In this document: positions 26,708-36,238 of the stretch, one piece after another
Layout: the number at the start of each line of letters is the position of its first letter
How positions within the stretch are numbered: position 1 is the stretch's first letter
Source: Anaerolineae bacterium
GTDB taxonomy: Bacteria; Chloroflexota; Anaerolineae; J036; Brachytrichaceae
NCBI GenBank assembly: GCA_018500105.2
Contig: JAHBAL020000053.1
Span: forward strand, 1 to 60,362
DNA: 60,362 nt
Reading direction: 5' to 3'
Position numbers and translations under genes: made by a program
The notes under the pieces: model-generated
What the model saw: only the letters and a program-made list of their open reading frames with translations
Database searches by the model: none
Told to the model about the DNA's origin: nothing

Positions 26708-27526
26708 ATGCCTTCCCCTAGCACAATCGCCACCTTGCGCAAATTAATTCCACCCGCATTGCTGCCAATTTTGGTGCGTGCCGCTGGCATTGCCCCTCGT
26801 TTCGATGGTAATTATGCTTCTTGGGAAGAAGCGCGGCGCGAATGCACTGGCTATGAAGCCGAAGCCGTGTTGCAGCGTGAAATAGCGGAAATTGAGGCGC
26901 TAAAATCAGGCAAATCGGTTTGGCAAGGCTGGGGTGTGCTTACCGATGCGTCATATCCGGTGTTGGCAGCTTTGTTGCGGGTGGCGGCACAAAATCAAGG
27001 GCATTTACGGGTGCTCGATTTTGGCGGCTCATTGGGCAATCGGTATTATGAATTTGCACATTTGTTGGCTGGGCTAGACGTGCAGTGGTGTATTGTCGAG
27101 CAACCGCATTTTGTCGCCTATGGGCAACAACACTTACAAACCGAACAATTGCGTTTTTTTGCAACGATTGAAGACTGTCTGGCCATCGTTCATTGCGATG
27201 TGTTGCTCATGTCAAGCGTTTTGCAATATTTGCCGCAACCTCACGACTTTATGCGGCACGCGCTTAAACATCAATTTGCCAATATTGTCATTGCCCGCAC
27301 CCAATTTACAAATGACTCAGATGATCGGTTAGTTGTGCAGCGCGTGCCCAAAAGCATTTACAATGCAAGCTATCCGGCTTGGATGCTGAGCAAAGCCAAA
27401 TTTAAGCAACATTTTGTGGATTACGAGTGTTTGGCCGAATTTGATTGTCATGAAACCTATCAGATCGGTTGGCAGCGGCAAATCCCTCAATTGGGGATGA
27501 TTTGGTCACGCCTCGTGCCGGCATAG
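26708..27526 (+). CDS. Methyltransferase, TIGR04325 (LIC12133-like) family
   Basis: NYASWEEARRECTGYE...VLDFGGSLGNRYYEF matches my recollection of this O-antigen-associated methyltransferase family. ATG 26708 is preferred over the ORF-track start at 26672. Confidence 0.6.
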   Translation: MPSPSTIATLRKLIPPALLPILVRAAGIAPRFDGNYASWEEARRECTGYEAEAVLQREIAEIEALKSGKSVWQGWGVLTDASYPVLAALLRVAAQNQGHLRVLDFGGSLGNRYYEFAHLLAGLDVQWCIVEQPHFVAYGQQHLQTEQLRFFATIEDCLAIVHCDVLLMSSVLQYLPQPHDFMRHALKHQFANIVIARTQFTNDSDDRLVVQRVPKSIYNASYPAWMLSKAKFKQHFVDYECLAEFDCHETYQIGWQRQIPQLGMIWSRLVPA

Positions 27527-27539
27527 TTGCTATTTTGCT

Positions 27540-28589
27540 ATGAATCAAACACGCTATTATTGCACCTATTTTGACTCTGGTTATCTGACACGCGGGTTAG
27601 CGCTGTTTCATTCATTACAAACCCATTCTCAATCCTTTGTTTTATGGGTGTTGTGCTTTGATGATGCGGTGGCTGAGCAAATTAAGTCGGTTAACCACCC
27701 ACAATTGCGGCCCATTCAGCTAAGCGAGTTTGAGTATGGCGATACGGCGCTATTGCAAGCCAAGGCAAACCGGTCAAAACTTGAGTATTACTTCACCTGC
27801 ACGCCATCGTTGCCGCGCTACCTCTTCAATCAACATCCTGAGATTGATCTCATCACATATTTGGATGCCGATTTGTATTTTTTTAGTTCGCCCGAGGCCA
27901 TCTTCAGAGAAATTGACAAGTCGTCAGTGGCGATTGTGCCGCATCGTTTCGCAAAACACTTGTGGTTTATGGCACGGGCTGGTGACTATAACGTGGGTTG
28001 GCTCACTTTTCGCCGCGACGCAGAGGGTTTGGCGTGTCTTAATTGGTGGCGCGAACGTTGTCTTGAATGGTGTTTTGATCGCGTCGAAGGTGACAAATTT
28101 GGCGATCAGAAATACCTTAATCAATTCCCTAAGTTGTTTAAAAATGTGTGCGTTATTCAGCATCAAGGCGCAAATTTGGCGCCTTGGAATGTCGAAAATT
28201 ATGACTATATATCGAGCAACTCGATTCAAGTTGATAATGTTCCCTTGGTGTTTTACCATTATCAAGGCTTAAAGCCCTATCGCGCCACAGCGAACGATGT
28301 GATTTATGACTTAGGATTGCGCGGTTGTTTGGCAACATTGCCACCATCTATACAAGCGGCTATTTACATTACATATCTTAAAAAACTGACTGAGCTTGAG
28401 CAAGTATGGCTCAAGCCTGAACAGCGCCAAGCTATTCACAATCGTAATGTGCATCGCGCGATTCCATTTCACCTGATTTGGCAATTTATTTTGTACTATG
28501 CGTTACATATACTGTGGAACCCTAAAAATGTATTTATTTCCCCCAATACACTTTATGCGGCTTGGTTTCGCAGATTGAAATTAAACTGA
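27540..28589 (+). CDS. Nucleotide-diphospho-sugar transferase (GT-A, GT8-like)
   Basis: YCTYFDSGYLTRGLALFHSL, DxD motif YLDADLYFF, and GDQKYLN. Confidence 0.55.
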   Translation: MNQTRYYCTYFDSGYLTRGLALFHSLQTHSQSFVLWVLCFDDAVAEQIKSVNHPQLRPIQLSEFEYGDTALLQAKANRSKLEYYFTCTPSLPRYLFNQHPEIDLITYLDADLYFFSSPEAIFREIDKSSVAIVPHRFAKHLWFMARAGDYNVGWLTFRRDAEGLACLNWWRERCLEWCFDRVEGDKFGDQKYLNQFPKLFKNVCVIQHQGANLAPWNVENYDYISSNSIQVDNVPLVFYHYQGLKPYRATANDVIYDLGLRGCLATLPPSIQAAIYITYLKKLTELEQVWLKPEQRQAIHNRNVHRAIPFHLIWQFILYYALHILWNPKNVFISPNTLYAAWFRRLKLN

Positions 28590-28601
28590 TAGTTTTTTGT
28601 T

Positions 28602-30083
28602 ATGGCCTTCAATTCTTTTGAATTTATCCTTTTTTTTCCTATTGTCACCATAGGCTATTTCGCGTTGCCACATCGGTTTCGCTGGATATGGTTGCTGGTT
28701 GCGAGTGCCGTGTTTTATATGGCATTTATCCCGCGTTATATCCTCATTTTGCTTGCCCTTATCGTCATTGACTACATAGCAGGACGGCTAATTGAGCAAG
28801 CCTCAGAGGCAAATCGCAAAGGGTTGCTTGTTTTGAGCATTATTGCGAATGTCGCTGTATTGGCCTTCTTTAAATACTTTAATTTTCTGGCTGATAACAT
28901 CGCGGCGCTCGCAATGCTGCTGCGCGGTGGCCCGCCACCCGACTTACGCCTCGATATTATTTTACCGATCGGGCTTTCATTTCATACTTTTCAGGCAATG
29001 AGTTATTTGATCGAGGTGTATCGCGGTAAGCAAAAAGCCGAACAACACCTCGGCATTTTTGCATTGTATGTGCTGTTCTATCCACAATTGGTGGCTGGCC
29101 CGATTGAACGCCCACAAAATGTATTAGGCCAATTTCGTCAAGAGCATAAATTTGACTATCAACGGGTCACAGATGGGTTGAAGCTCATGGCGTGGGGTTT
29201 TTTCAAAAAAATAGTCATCGCAGATCGGTTAGCAGTATGGGTGAATGAAGTGTATGGCTGGCCCTACAATTATTGGGGCTTACCGCTCATTTTGGCGACG
29301 CTTGCATTTGCTTATCAAATTTATTGCGATTTTTCAGGCTACTCAGATATTGCCCTTGGTTCAGCGCAAGTGATGGGTTTTAAACTGATGCGAAACTTTC
29401 GCCAACCTTATCACGCTAAATCTATTTCCGATTTTTGGAATCGTTGGCATATCTCGCTCTCGACTTGGTTCCGAGATTATCTATTCATTCCCATGCGTGG
29501 TCGCAGCAATTCGCGCTGGCGCTGGCAATTCAATTTGTTCTTCGTCTTCCTCATTAGCGGGCTGTGGCATGGCGCAAATTGGACTTATATCATCTGGGGC
29601 GCGTTACATGGGTTTTACCAAGTCGTTGACATATGGACGCGCAATTTGCGAATGCGCGTTTACGAAGTGACAAGATTAGAACGTGTGCCTTATTTATTAG
29701 ATGCGTTACGCATCGCCGGCACATTTAGCTTGGTTTGCTTTGCGTGGATATTCTTCCGTGCTGATTCGCTTAAAGATGCGATGTGGATCATTACACATCT
29801 TGTGCCGGGCATTCGAACATGGCTAACGACTGGCTCAACGGCTGTATTTGGTGCGCAATCCAATTTTCCATTTCCAGGGTCAACTTATGATCATATTGTT
29901 GCCTTGATTGCCATAGGTGTGCTAGAACTTGGGCACTATTTACAGCAGCGCGGCAGTGTGCGTGAAATGATCATGACAAAGCCAGCCGTTTTTCGTTGGG
30001 CTATCTATTTTGCCTTGATGTTTATGATTTTGGCTTTTGGCAAGTTTGATGAAGGCCCACAATTTGTCTATTTTCAATTTTAG
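28602..30083 (+). CDS. MBOAT family O-acyltransferase (AlgI/DltB-like)
   Basis: Multi-TM protein, with FWNRWHISLSTWFRDYLFIP and the conserved His in SGLWHGANW. Confidence 0.88.
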   Translation: MAFNSFEFILFFPIVTIGYFALPHRFRWIWLLVASAVFYMAFIPRYILILLALIVIDYIAGRLIEQASEANRKGLLVLSIIANVAVLAFFKYFNFLADNIAALAMLLRGGPPPDLRLDIILPIGLSFHTFQAMSYLIEVYRGKQKAEQHLGIFALYVLFYPQLVAGPIERPQNVLGQFRQEHKFDYQRVTDGLKLMAWGFFKKIVIADRLAVWVNEVYGWPYNYWGLPLILATLAFAYQIYCDFSGYSDIALGSAQVMGFKLMRNFRQPYHAKSISDFWNRWHISLSTWFRDYLFIPMRGRSNSRWRWQFNLFFVFLISGLWHGANWTYIIWGALHGFYQVVDIWTRNLRMRVYEVTRLERVPYLLDALRIAGTFSLVCFAWIFFRADSLKDAMWIITHLVPGIRTWLTTGSTAVFGAQSNFPFPGSTYDHIVALIAIGVLELGHYLQQRGSVREMIMTKPAVFRWAIYFALMFMILAFGKFDEGPQFVYFQF

Positions 30084-30093
30084 AGCTATAACG

Positions 30094-32523
30094 ATGAGAA
30101 TATCTTATTCCCTTACAAAGCACCAAAACATCAGCGCCGTACTGATTTTAATCATCATGTTGTTGCTATTCTTTAGCAAGCCCATCATCAACATTCGTAC
30201 GCAATATCACTCACCGGCCAATTTGGGGCAATTCTTCCCATTAACCCACGCCGGATATGAGCAGACAAACACATCTCTGAATGATATTTTTTTACAAATG
30301 CACCCGTGGGCAATCTTTAATGATCGTTCGGTTAGACAGGGTGAGTTACCTTTGTGGAATCCATATAACGGGCTGGGTGCGCCATTTATGGCCAATTTCA
30401 TCTCAGCCGTCTTTTCGCCTTACAACTTGCCGTTTTATCTGTTCGATTTCGGAGTCGCTTCAATTCTGGCTAGTTTCTTAAAACTATTTGCTTGCGGTTT
30501 TTTTACTTTTCTCTTTCTACGCTCATTTTCGATTTCCTATTGGCCTGCATTGATCGGCGCAACCATTTTTATGTTTAGCGGTTATAACTTGTTCTTCCTG
30601 CAATGGCCGCAATCTAGCATTTCGCCGACCATTCCAGCTGCGTTTTATTTCATCCGGAAGCTAACCCAAAATAAACATGTGCAGACAACAGCCCTATGGG
30701 GGCTGATGCTCAGTTTGGCCGCTGGCATTATGGCTGGGCATCCAGAAGCTTTTTTCGCTGCCTTGTTAATGATTGGCATTTACACCTTGCACCAGCTTTA
30801 TGTGAGCCATCTCGCTTGGGATATCACAAAACACAAAACTGGACTTTTGCTCACCGTTGGTATTCTTGCAGCATTGTTTACAGCCATTCAATTGCTGCCT
30901 TTTTTTGAATACGCCATTCTAAGCAATGCATTTGCAGAGCGTCATGGCGAAGGCGGCGGCTCTTTTCTTGATGCCTCGTTATGGCCGCTATGGATTTTGC
31001 CTGATTTATTGGGGAATCCAAGTTTGCCGCTCTATTTTTTTCGTGGGCATTTACCTGGCGGGTTTACCTATGTTGAAGAAAATAGTCTCTACGTAAGCGC
31101 CATTGGCTTGGTGTTGGCAATAATTGGCCTAAAAAAATTTAAGGCAAATTCGGAGGTGCGTTTTTTCGCTTTATTCGCACTCGTCTACTTGATCTATTCA
31201 TATAAGCCGATTAACATTTTGTTCCTCATTCACCTCATTCCCGGCTTATCCTATTTGCCGTTGTTTGCCTCAAGTCCAACCTATACTTTTGCGTTGGCCT
31301 GTTTGGCAGCCTATGGGCTAGAGTCGTTATTGAGCGATTCTGCGCGTCGTCATTGGCGTGCCATTGGCGTTGGGGTATTAGGCGCAGCATTATTGGGCAT
31401 TACGCTGATTGCAGCACGTAATTTGCTCAACACCCACTATAGCGGCGAAATCGAAGCACGTTGGCGTGAGGCATGGAATAATGGCGGATTGGCGCGACAA
31501 ATTTTATTCGGTGGGCTATTTGTTGTTGGCCTGAGCCTGCTGATTGTGTCACAACTTATTAAAACCAAGCTAGTGCAAAATTTATTAATGATTGGACTTC
31601 TAATCGCTACCTTTCTTGCAACTGGCTTTTTTCATCGCAATTTCTTTCCCCTATCCCAGAACACAAAGGTTTATCCAGTTACGCCAGCAATGCAAAAACG
31701 TCAGAAGACAGTGAAAAGCGATACGCTCGCGATCTTGTGCAAAGGGGACAATACACCGGGGCTTTTTCCCGACACCAATATGATGTATAACCTGCGTATG
31801 CCATCACAATATGAAGTGCTGTATACGCCATTTTTTCCCAAATTGCTTGACCAATTTTTTGATACTGCTAAAACCAAAAGGAATATGGTCTATGCTTATT
31901 GTTTGCAGCGTTATAGCCTGAAAGGGTTTCAGGTGATGAGCATGCCTTATGCCCTCATTCATGATGATTTTGCAAAAGACATCCCATCAGCTGATTATGA
32001 AAGCAAAATCGAAATTATTCCTTCGTTTAGTCTGTATAAATTTAAAAACGTGCCCGCGCGCTATTATGTGGTTAATCAGGCTGAGTATGTAGATGACAAC
32101 ACTGCACTGAAAAAACTCGCCGATTCGGCATTTAACCCATTCACCAAAACACTCATTTCAAATCATGAGACAGACACAAAAAACAACGCAACGCTACCCA
32201 CCCAACCCTCAACTGCAACTGTCACGGTTGTTCAAGAATTGAACAATCAAGTAACACTTGCAGTTGATAGTCAGACCACAGGTTGGCTCGTCATCTCGAC
32301 CTCATATTACCCGGGCTGGCGAGCATGGGTGAATGGGCAAGAAACCTCTGTTTTACGCGCCAACTACGCCTTTAATGCAATCCCGATTAAGGCTGGACAG
32401 AGCCAAATATTGTTTAAATACGACCCGATTTCGGTTAAGTTGGGTTGGGCGCTCAGTGCTGTGGGCTTATTGGGCATGATCGGCCTAACGATTTACATTC
32501 GCCGCAAACAAGCTAGGCAATAG
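30094..32523 (+). CDS. YfhO-family integral membrane protein (putative GT-C glycosyltransferase)
   Basis: About 810 aa. N-terminal HPWAIFNDRSVRQGELPLWNPYNGLGAPFMANF is YfhO-like. It has more than 12 TM segments, a C-terminal extracytoplasmic beta-rich domain and a terminal TM. ATG 30094 is preferred because the ORF-track start overlaps MBOAT. Confidence 0.6.
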   Translation: MRISYSLTKHQNISAVLILIIMLLLFFSKPIINIRTQYHSPANLGQFFPLTHAGYEQTNTSLNDIFLQMHPWAIFNDRSVRQGELPLWNPYNGLGAPFMANFISAVFSPYNLPFYLFDFGVASILASFLKLFACGFFTFLFLRSFSISYWPALIGATIFMFSGYNLFFLQWPQSSISPTIPAAFYFIRKLTQNKHVQTTALWGLMLSLAAGIMAGHPEAFFAALLMIGIYTLHQLYVSHLAWDITKHKTGLLLTVGILAALFTAIQLLPFFEYAILSNAFAERHGEGGGSFLDASLWPLWILPDLLGNPSLPLYFFRGHLPGGFTYVEENSLYVSAIGLVLAIIGLKKFKANSEVRFFALFALVYLIYSYKPINILFLIHLIPGLSYLPLFASSPTYTFALACLAAYGLESLLSDSARRHWRAIGVGVLGAALLGITLIAARNLLNTHYSGEIEARWREAWNNGGLARQILFGGLFVVGLSLLIVSQLIKTKLVQNLLMIGLLIATFLATGFFHRNFFPLSQNTKVYPVTPAMQKRQKTVKSDTLAILCKGDNTPGLFPDTNMMYNLRMPSQYEVLYTPFFPKLLDQFFDTAKTKRNMVYAYCLQRYSLKGFQVMSMPYALIHDDFAKDIPSADYESKIEIIPSFSLYKFKNVPARYYVVNQAEYVDDNTALKKLADSAFNPFTKTLISNHETDTKNNATLPTQPSTATVTVVQELNNQVTLAVDSQTTGWLVISTSYYPGWRAWVNGQETSVLRANYAFNAIPIKAGQSQILFKYDPISVKLGWALSAVGLLGMIGLTIYIRRKQARQ

Positions 32524-33498
32524 CACGCGGCGCAATTGCTTTGGCGCAGCCCATGCCGGTTTGCTTTGATGCGACGACGTGCGGAAAATTTTCTGCACAT
32601 TCGACCCGTCGGCGTTCATTACAAACAAATCCCAATCGCCCTCTTGATCGGACATAAACGCAATTTGGCTGCTGTCTTGTGACCATGTAGGTGAATTATC
32701 ATCAACAGTGCTGGTGCTGGTCAGGCGCGTCTTGTTACCGCCTTTAGTATTCATCACCCAAATATCGCCTTTGCTTTTTGGCACGGCTTGGCTATGCACT
32801 CGGCTATACACAATTCGCGTTCCATCGGGCGATACGGCTGGGGTGTTGAAATAAACACCCGGCTCGTCTGCACGCGCTGATGGATTACCGCCATCGGCAT
32901 CCATGACATAAATATGATCAAAAAAATCACGGGTGGTCACAAACGCAATCTGGCTGCCATCGGGGAACCAAAATGGCTCTTTTTCTTCATCGTTGTGGTT
33001 CGACAATTGTCTAATATTGCTGCCATCGGCGTTCATCACAAACACCCCCGGATTATGCGAGGTTGTATTCCGTTTGAGTGTAAACGCTATTTTTGTGCCA
33101 TCGGGCGAATAAACTGGGTTCCAAACCGGTGTTGGGTTATTGGTCAATCGCTGGCGTTGGCTACCATCAGCATTCATGATATAGATTTGCAACATACCGG
33201 TTTCATTCGACACAAATGCAATCTTGTCACGATTCGGCGACCAAGCGGGCTGAGTATCTTCCCAAACATTATCGGTGAGACGAATCACGCCTTCTGAGGT
33301 TAGCTTGTAAAGTTCAGATTTACCTTCGTGCTTAGACTCAAACACAATCGGTGAATCTTGGGGAATTTGTGGAAAAGTTTGGCGAAGTTGTGCATAAGTT
33401 TGGGCAAATGACGACTGTATTGGGGATAAAGCTGTGGTGCTCAATGCCATTATTATTACAATCATGAGACCTAAGTGTTTTTTAATCATGGGCGGCAT
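32485..33498 (-). CDS. Secreted PD40/TolB-like beta-propeller repeat protein
   Basis: Signal peptide MPPMIKKHLGLMIVIIMALSTTALS. Repeated blades are WSPNRDKIAFVS, YSPDGTKIAFT, FPDGSQIAFV, VSPDGTRIVYS and WSQDSSQIAFMS. The ORF-track N-terminal extension (STFHFQLSTFHF) is repeat-derived. Confidence 0.8.
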   Translation of the reverse strand: MPPMIKKHLGLMIVIIMALSTTALSPIQSSFAQTYAQLRQTFPQIPQDSPIVFESKHEGKSELYKLTSEGVIRLTDNVWEDTQPAWSPNRDKIAFVSNETGMLQIYIMNADGSQRQRLTNNPTPVWNPVYSPDGTKIAFTLKRNTTSHNPGVFVMNADGSNIRQLSNHNDEEKEPFWFPDGSQIAFVTTRDFFDHIYVMDADGGNPSARADEPGVYFNTPAVSPDGTRIVYSRVHSQAVPKSKGDIWVMNTKGGNKTRLTSTSTVDDNSPTWSQDSSQIAFMSDQEGDWDLFVMNADGSNVQKIFRTSSHQSKPAWAAPKQLRRVLLPSLFAANVNR

Positions 33499-33512
33499 GA
33501 TACTATTGGGTA

Positions 33513-33632
33513 GAAAGTGGAAAGTGGAAAGTTGAAAGTGGAAAGTTGAAGTGCAAAGTGCAAAGTTGCCAATTTTATGGTTTCTACTGAACATGCAGCA
33601 CTTTTTACTTTGTGCTTTGCACTTTCCACTTT
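33513..33632. repeat. Inverted tandem-heptamer array (GAAAGTG/CAAAGTG vs CACTTTN)
   Basis: The left arm has about 8 units (GAAAGTG GAAAGTG GAAAGTT GAAAGTG GAAAGTT GAAGTG CAAAGTG CAAAGTT). The right arm is GCACTTTTTACTTTGTGCTTTGCACTTTCCACTTT (33598-33632). Confidence 0.9.
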
Positions 33633-33643
33633 AATTGGTTGAC

Positions 33644-34804
33644 ATGCTTAGATTTGGAATAAAACTTGGATTGTTGGCTTTGCTGCTGAGCCTGTTGATT
33701 TATTTAGGGGCTTCATTTGAGCCAGATCTGCGCACGAAAGCGGCGATGCAATTTCAAAAAAATTGGATTGCTGGGCAGGCCGTAGCAATCGAAAACCTGA
33801 AGAAATGGGAATTTAAGGACATTCAGTTTAACGAACAATACATTAAATCTCTACAGCGCCCCAACCAAATTATCGTGATTGGATCGAGCCACATGATGTT
33901 TGTAAGAGCCGCACAACTCAATTCGCCAAGCGCCCCACTCAAGCCCGACATTACTTTTTTTAATCACTGGATTACTGGCATCAACAATGGCCTTGAAATT
34001 CCGCAAAATTTTTACAATCAATATCAGATGCGTGGTTTGCCGCCCAAGCTTGTTATTTTGGGAATTGATCCTTGGTTATTGCAGGGTGGCACAAGTGCCT
34101 CATTGTCACACCCAATCGCCGATCCCCCGATTACAACGCCAACCTCAAAAACGCAAAGTCTGCTATTGGATTTGCCCATTTTGCCGGCATTTAATCAGTT
34201 ATTTGAGGGAAATATAAATCAAGTGCTTAGCCAGCAACAGCGTGACTTGAGCAATAAGCTGCGAAAGTTTCAATATATCTTTACCTCACCTTTTCCGGCA
34301 TGGGCTAACATTCGTCAGCCAATGCTGGTGAGCCATGTCATGAATCGAGACGGTAGCTTTACTTGTGCCCCCGATGTCATTCGCTGTCAGTGGGACAGTG
34401 TTGAGGCGCAGCGACAAAAAGTGCGAGAAGGATTGCCCAAAAATATAGACATCTTTTCACAGCCGATGAACCCTGCCTTACAACAACAGTTCGAAGACTT
34501 TATTCAACATATGCAACGCAACGGTAGCAAGGTTATATTTGTAATGACACCGTTACATGCCATCACCTACGATACTGTCAAAGCAATGCCGAATGCGCAA
34601 TTGATTGATACCTATTACCGCCACGTCGCAAACCAATACAATATCCCCTTGGTTGGTTCTTTTGACCCTGCGGCTTGCGGCTTGCTTGAAAACCATTTTG
34701 TTGATTCTGACCACCTAAATGAGATTAGCACGGCTAAATTGCTAGCCCAGCCCAATTGCACCACCGGACCTTGGGCTGAAGTCATTGCTACAATTCAGCG
34801 TTGA
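33644..34804 (+). CDS. Membrane-anchored hypothetical protein, possibly DltD/AlgX-like SGNH-fold acyltransferase partner
   Basis: N-terminal TM helix. IVIGSSHM (GSS nucleophile-like block I) and a near-C-terminal FVDSDHL (D-x-x-H block V-like). The locus contains an MBOAT. The assignment is tentative. Confidence 0.35.
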   Translation: MLRFGIKLGLLALLLSLLIYLGASFEPDLRTKAAMQFQKNWIAGQAVAIENLKKWEFKDIQFNEQYIKSLQRPNQIIVIGSSHMMFVRAAQLNSPSAPLKPDITFFNHWITGINNGLEIPQNFYNQYQMRGLPPKLVILGIDPWLLQGGTSASLSHPIADPPITTPTSKTQSLLLDLPILPAFNQLFEGNINQVLSQQQRDLSNKLRKFQYIFTSPFPAWANIRQPMLVSHVMNRDGSFTCAPDVIRCQWDSVEAQRQKVREGLPKNIDIFSQPMNPALQQQFEDFIQHMQRNGSKVIFVMTPLHAITYDTVKAMPNAQLIDTYYRHVANQYNIPLVGSFDPAACGLLENHFVDSDHLNEISTAKLLAQPNCTTGPWAEVIATIQR

Positions 34805-34822
34805 AATTTTGCAACGAATATT

Positions 34823-36232
34823 ATGATTAATGTAACGGCAATTGTGCCAGTTTTTAATGAAGAGCATTTGGTCAAAAGCAGTTTGTCACGGCTTTTAGCT
34901 TTAAATTTCCCGCATGGGGCCATTTCGCAAGTCATCCTTGTAGATGATGGCAGCACTGACGACTCTTTGGCTGTGCTGCAAAGCATTGCATCTGAAGATG
35001 CGCGGATCTTACTCATTCAGCACCCTAAAAATATAGGCAAAGGGGCCGCCATTCGTAGCGCATTGCCTCATGCTACAGGCGATGTCTGTTTGGTTCATGA
35101 CGCAGACCTCGAATACAACCCTGCTGATATTCCAAATTTGTTACAACCGTTTTTAGACGAAGGTGCAGATGCAGTATTTGGCTCACGTTTTATGGCTGGC
35201 TCATACCGTCGCGCTTTAATGTATCGTCATGCATGGGTCAATCGCGTTTTAACAGGGTTAGTATGTTGGTTTACAGACCTATATCTGACCGATGTCGAAA
35301 CCAGCTACAAGGCCATTCGCACCGAACTGCTTAAATCATTGCCCATTCGGGCAAATGATTTTCGGGTCGAAATTGAACTTACCATGAAATTGGCGAAGCG
35401 CCGAGCGCGTATTTTTGAAGTGCCCATTCGCTATTCGCCACGTAGTTACGAAGAAGGCAAGAAAGTGCGTGCTAAAGATGGCTTTTTGGCACTTTTAGCA
35501 ATTTTGCGAAACTGGATCATTGATGATATTTACCAACAAGATGCTTATGGTTCAAATATCTTAAACGACTTGCAAGATGCGCGACGCTTTAATCAGTGGA
35601 TGGGCGACACATTGCGCCCTTATATCGGCGATCGGGTCATCGAGGTGGGGTGTGGCATTGGCACCCTCACCAACCAATTCATCCCCCGCGATCATTATTT
35701 GGCGGCTGATATCAACCCACATTATTTGCGCTATATGCAGGCCTATGCAATGGGCAAACCTTATTTGCAGGTGGCCTATATGGATGCCACAAATCATGCT
35801 GATTTTGCATCCCATGCCCAAAAATTTGACACGGCCATGATGATTAACGTGCTCGAGCATGTTTCTGACGAACAAGCTGCTTTGGGGAATTTATCACACG
35901 TATTAAAGTCGGGTGGGCGCTGTGTCATTCTTGTGCCACAACACCCAAAACTATACGGCACGCTTGATGTGGTGTTAGAACATCGTGAACGCTATACTGC
36001 CGATGGGCTACGTGCATCGTTAGAGAAAGCTGGTTTTCAGGTCGAGCGTATCTTCGACTTTAACCGCGTGTCTGTATTGGGCTGGTGGCTGAATGGAAAA
36101 ATCTTAAAGAAATCTTCTTTTTCGCGGGTGCAAATTAAGATATTAGAAATGCTAATGCCATTTATCCGACGATTGGACCGCTTCTTGCCTTATCGTGGCA
36201 TTAGTGTCATTGGGATTGGGGTGAAGCCTTAA
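34823..36232 (+). CDS. Fusion protein: N-terminal GT2 (DPM/ArnC-like) plus C-terminal class I SAM methyltransferase
   Basis: N-terminal half: AIVPVFNEE...LVDDGSTDDS...HDADLEY. C-terminal half: VIEVGCGIGTLT...MMINVLEHV...LKSGGRCVILVP. Confidence 0.75.
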   Translation: MINVTAIVPVFNEEHLVKSSLSRLLALNFPHGAISQVILVDDGSTDDSLAVLQSIASEDARILLIQHPKNIGKGAAIRSALPHATGDVCLVHDADLEYNPADIPNLLQPFLDEGADAVFGSRFMAGSYRRALMYRHAWVNRVLTGLVCWFTDLYLTDVETSYKAIRTELLKSLPIRANDFRVEIELTMKLAKRRARIFEVPIRYSPRSYEEGKKVRAKDGFLALLAILRNWIIDDIYQQDAYGSNILNDLQDARRFNQWMGDTLRPYIGDRVIEVGCGIGTLTNQFIPRDHYLAADINPHYLRYMQAYAMGKPYLQVAYMDATNHADFASHAQKFDTAMMINVLEHVSDEQAALGNLSHVLKSGGRCVILVPQHPKLYGTLDVVLEHRERYTADGLRASLEKAGFQVERIFDFNRVSVLGWWLNGKILKKSSFSRVQIKILEMLMPFIRRLDRFLPYRGISVIGIGVKP

Positions 36233-36238
36233 TTTGGG

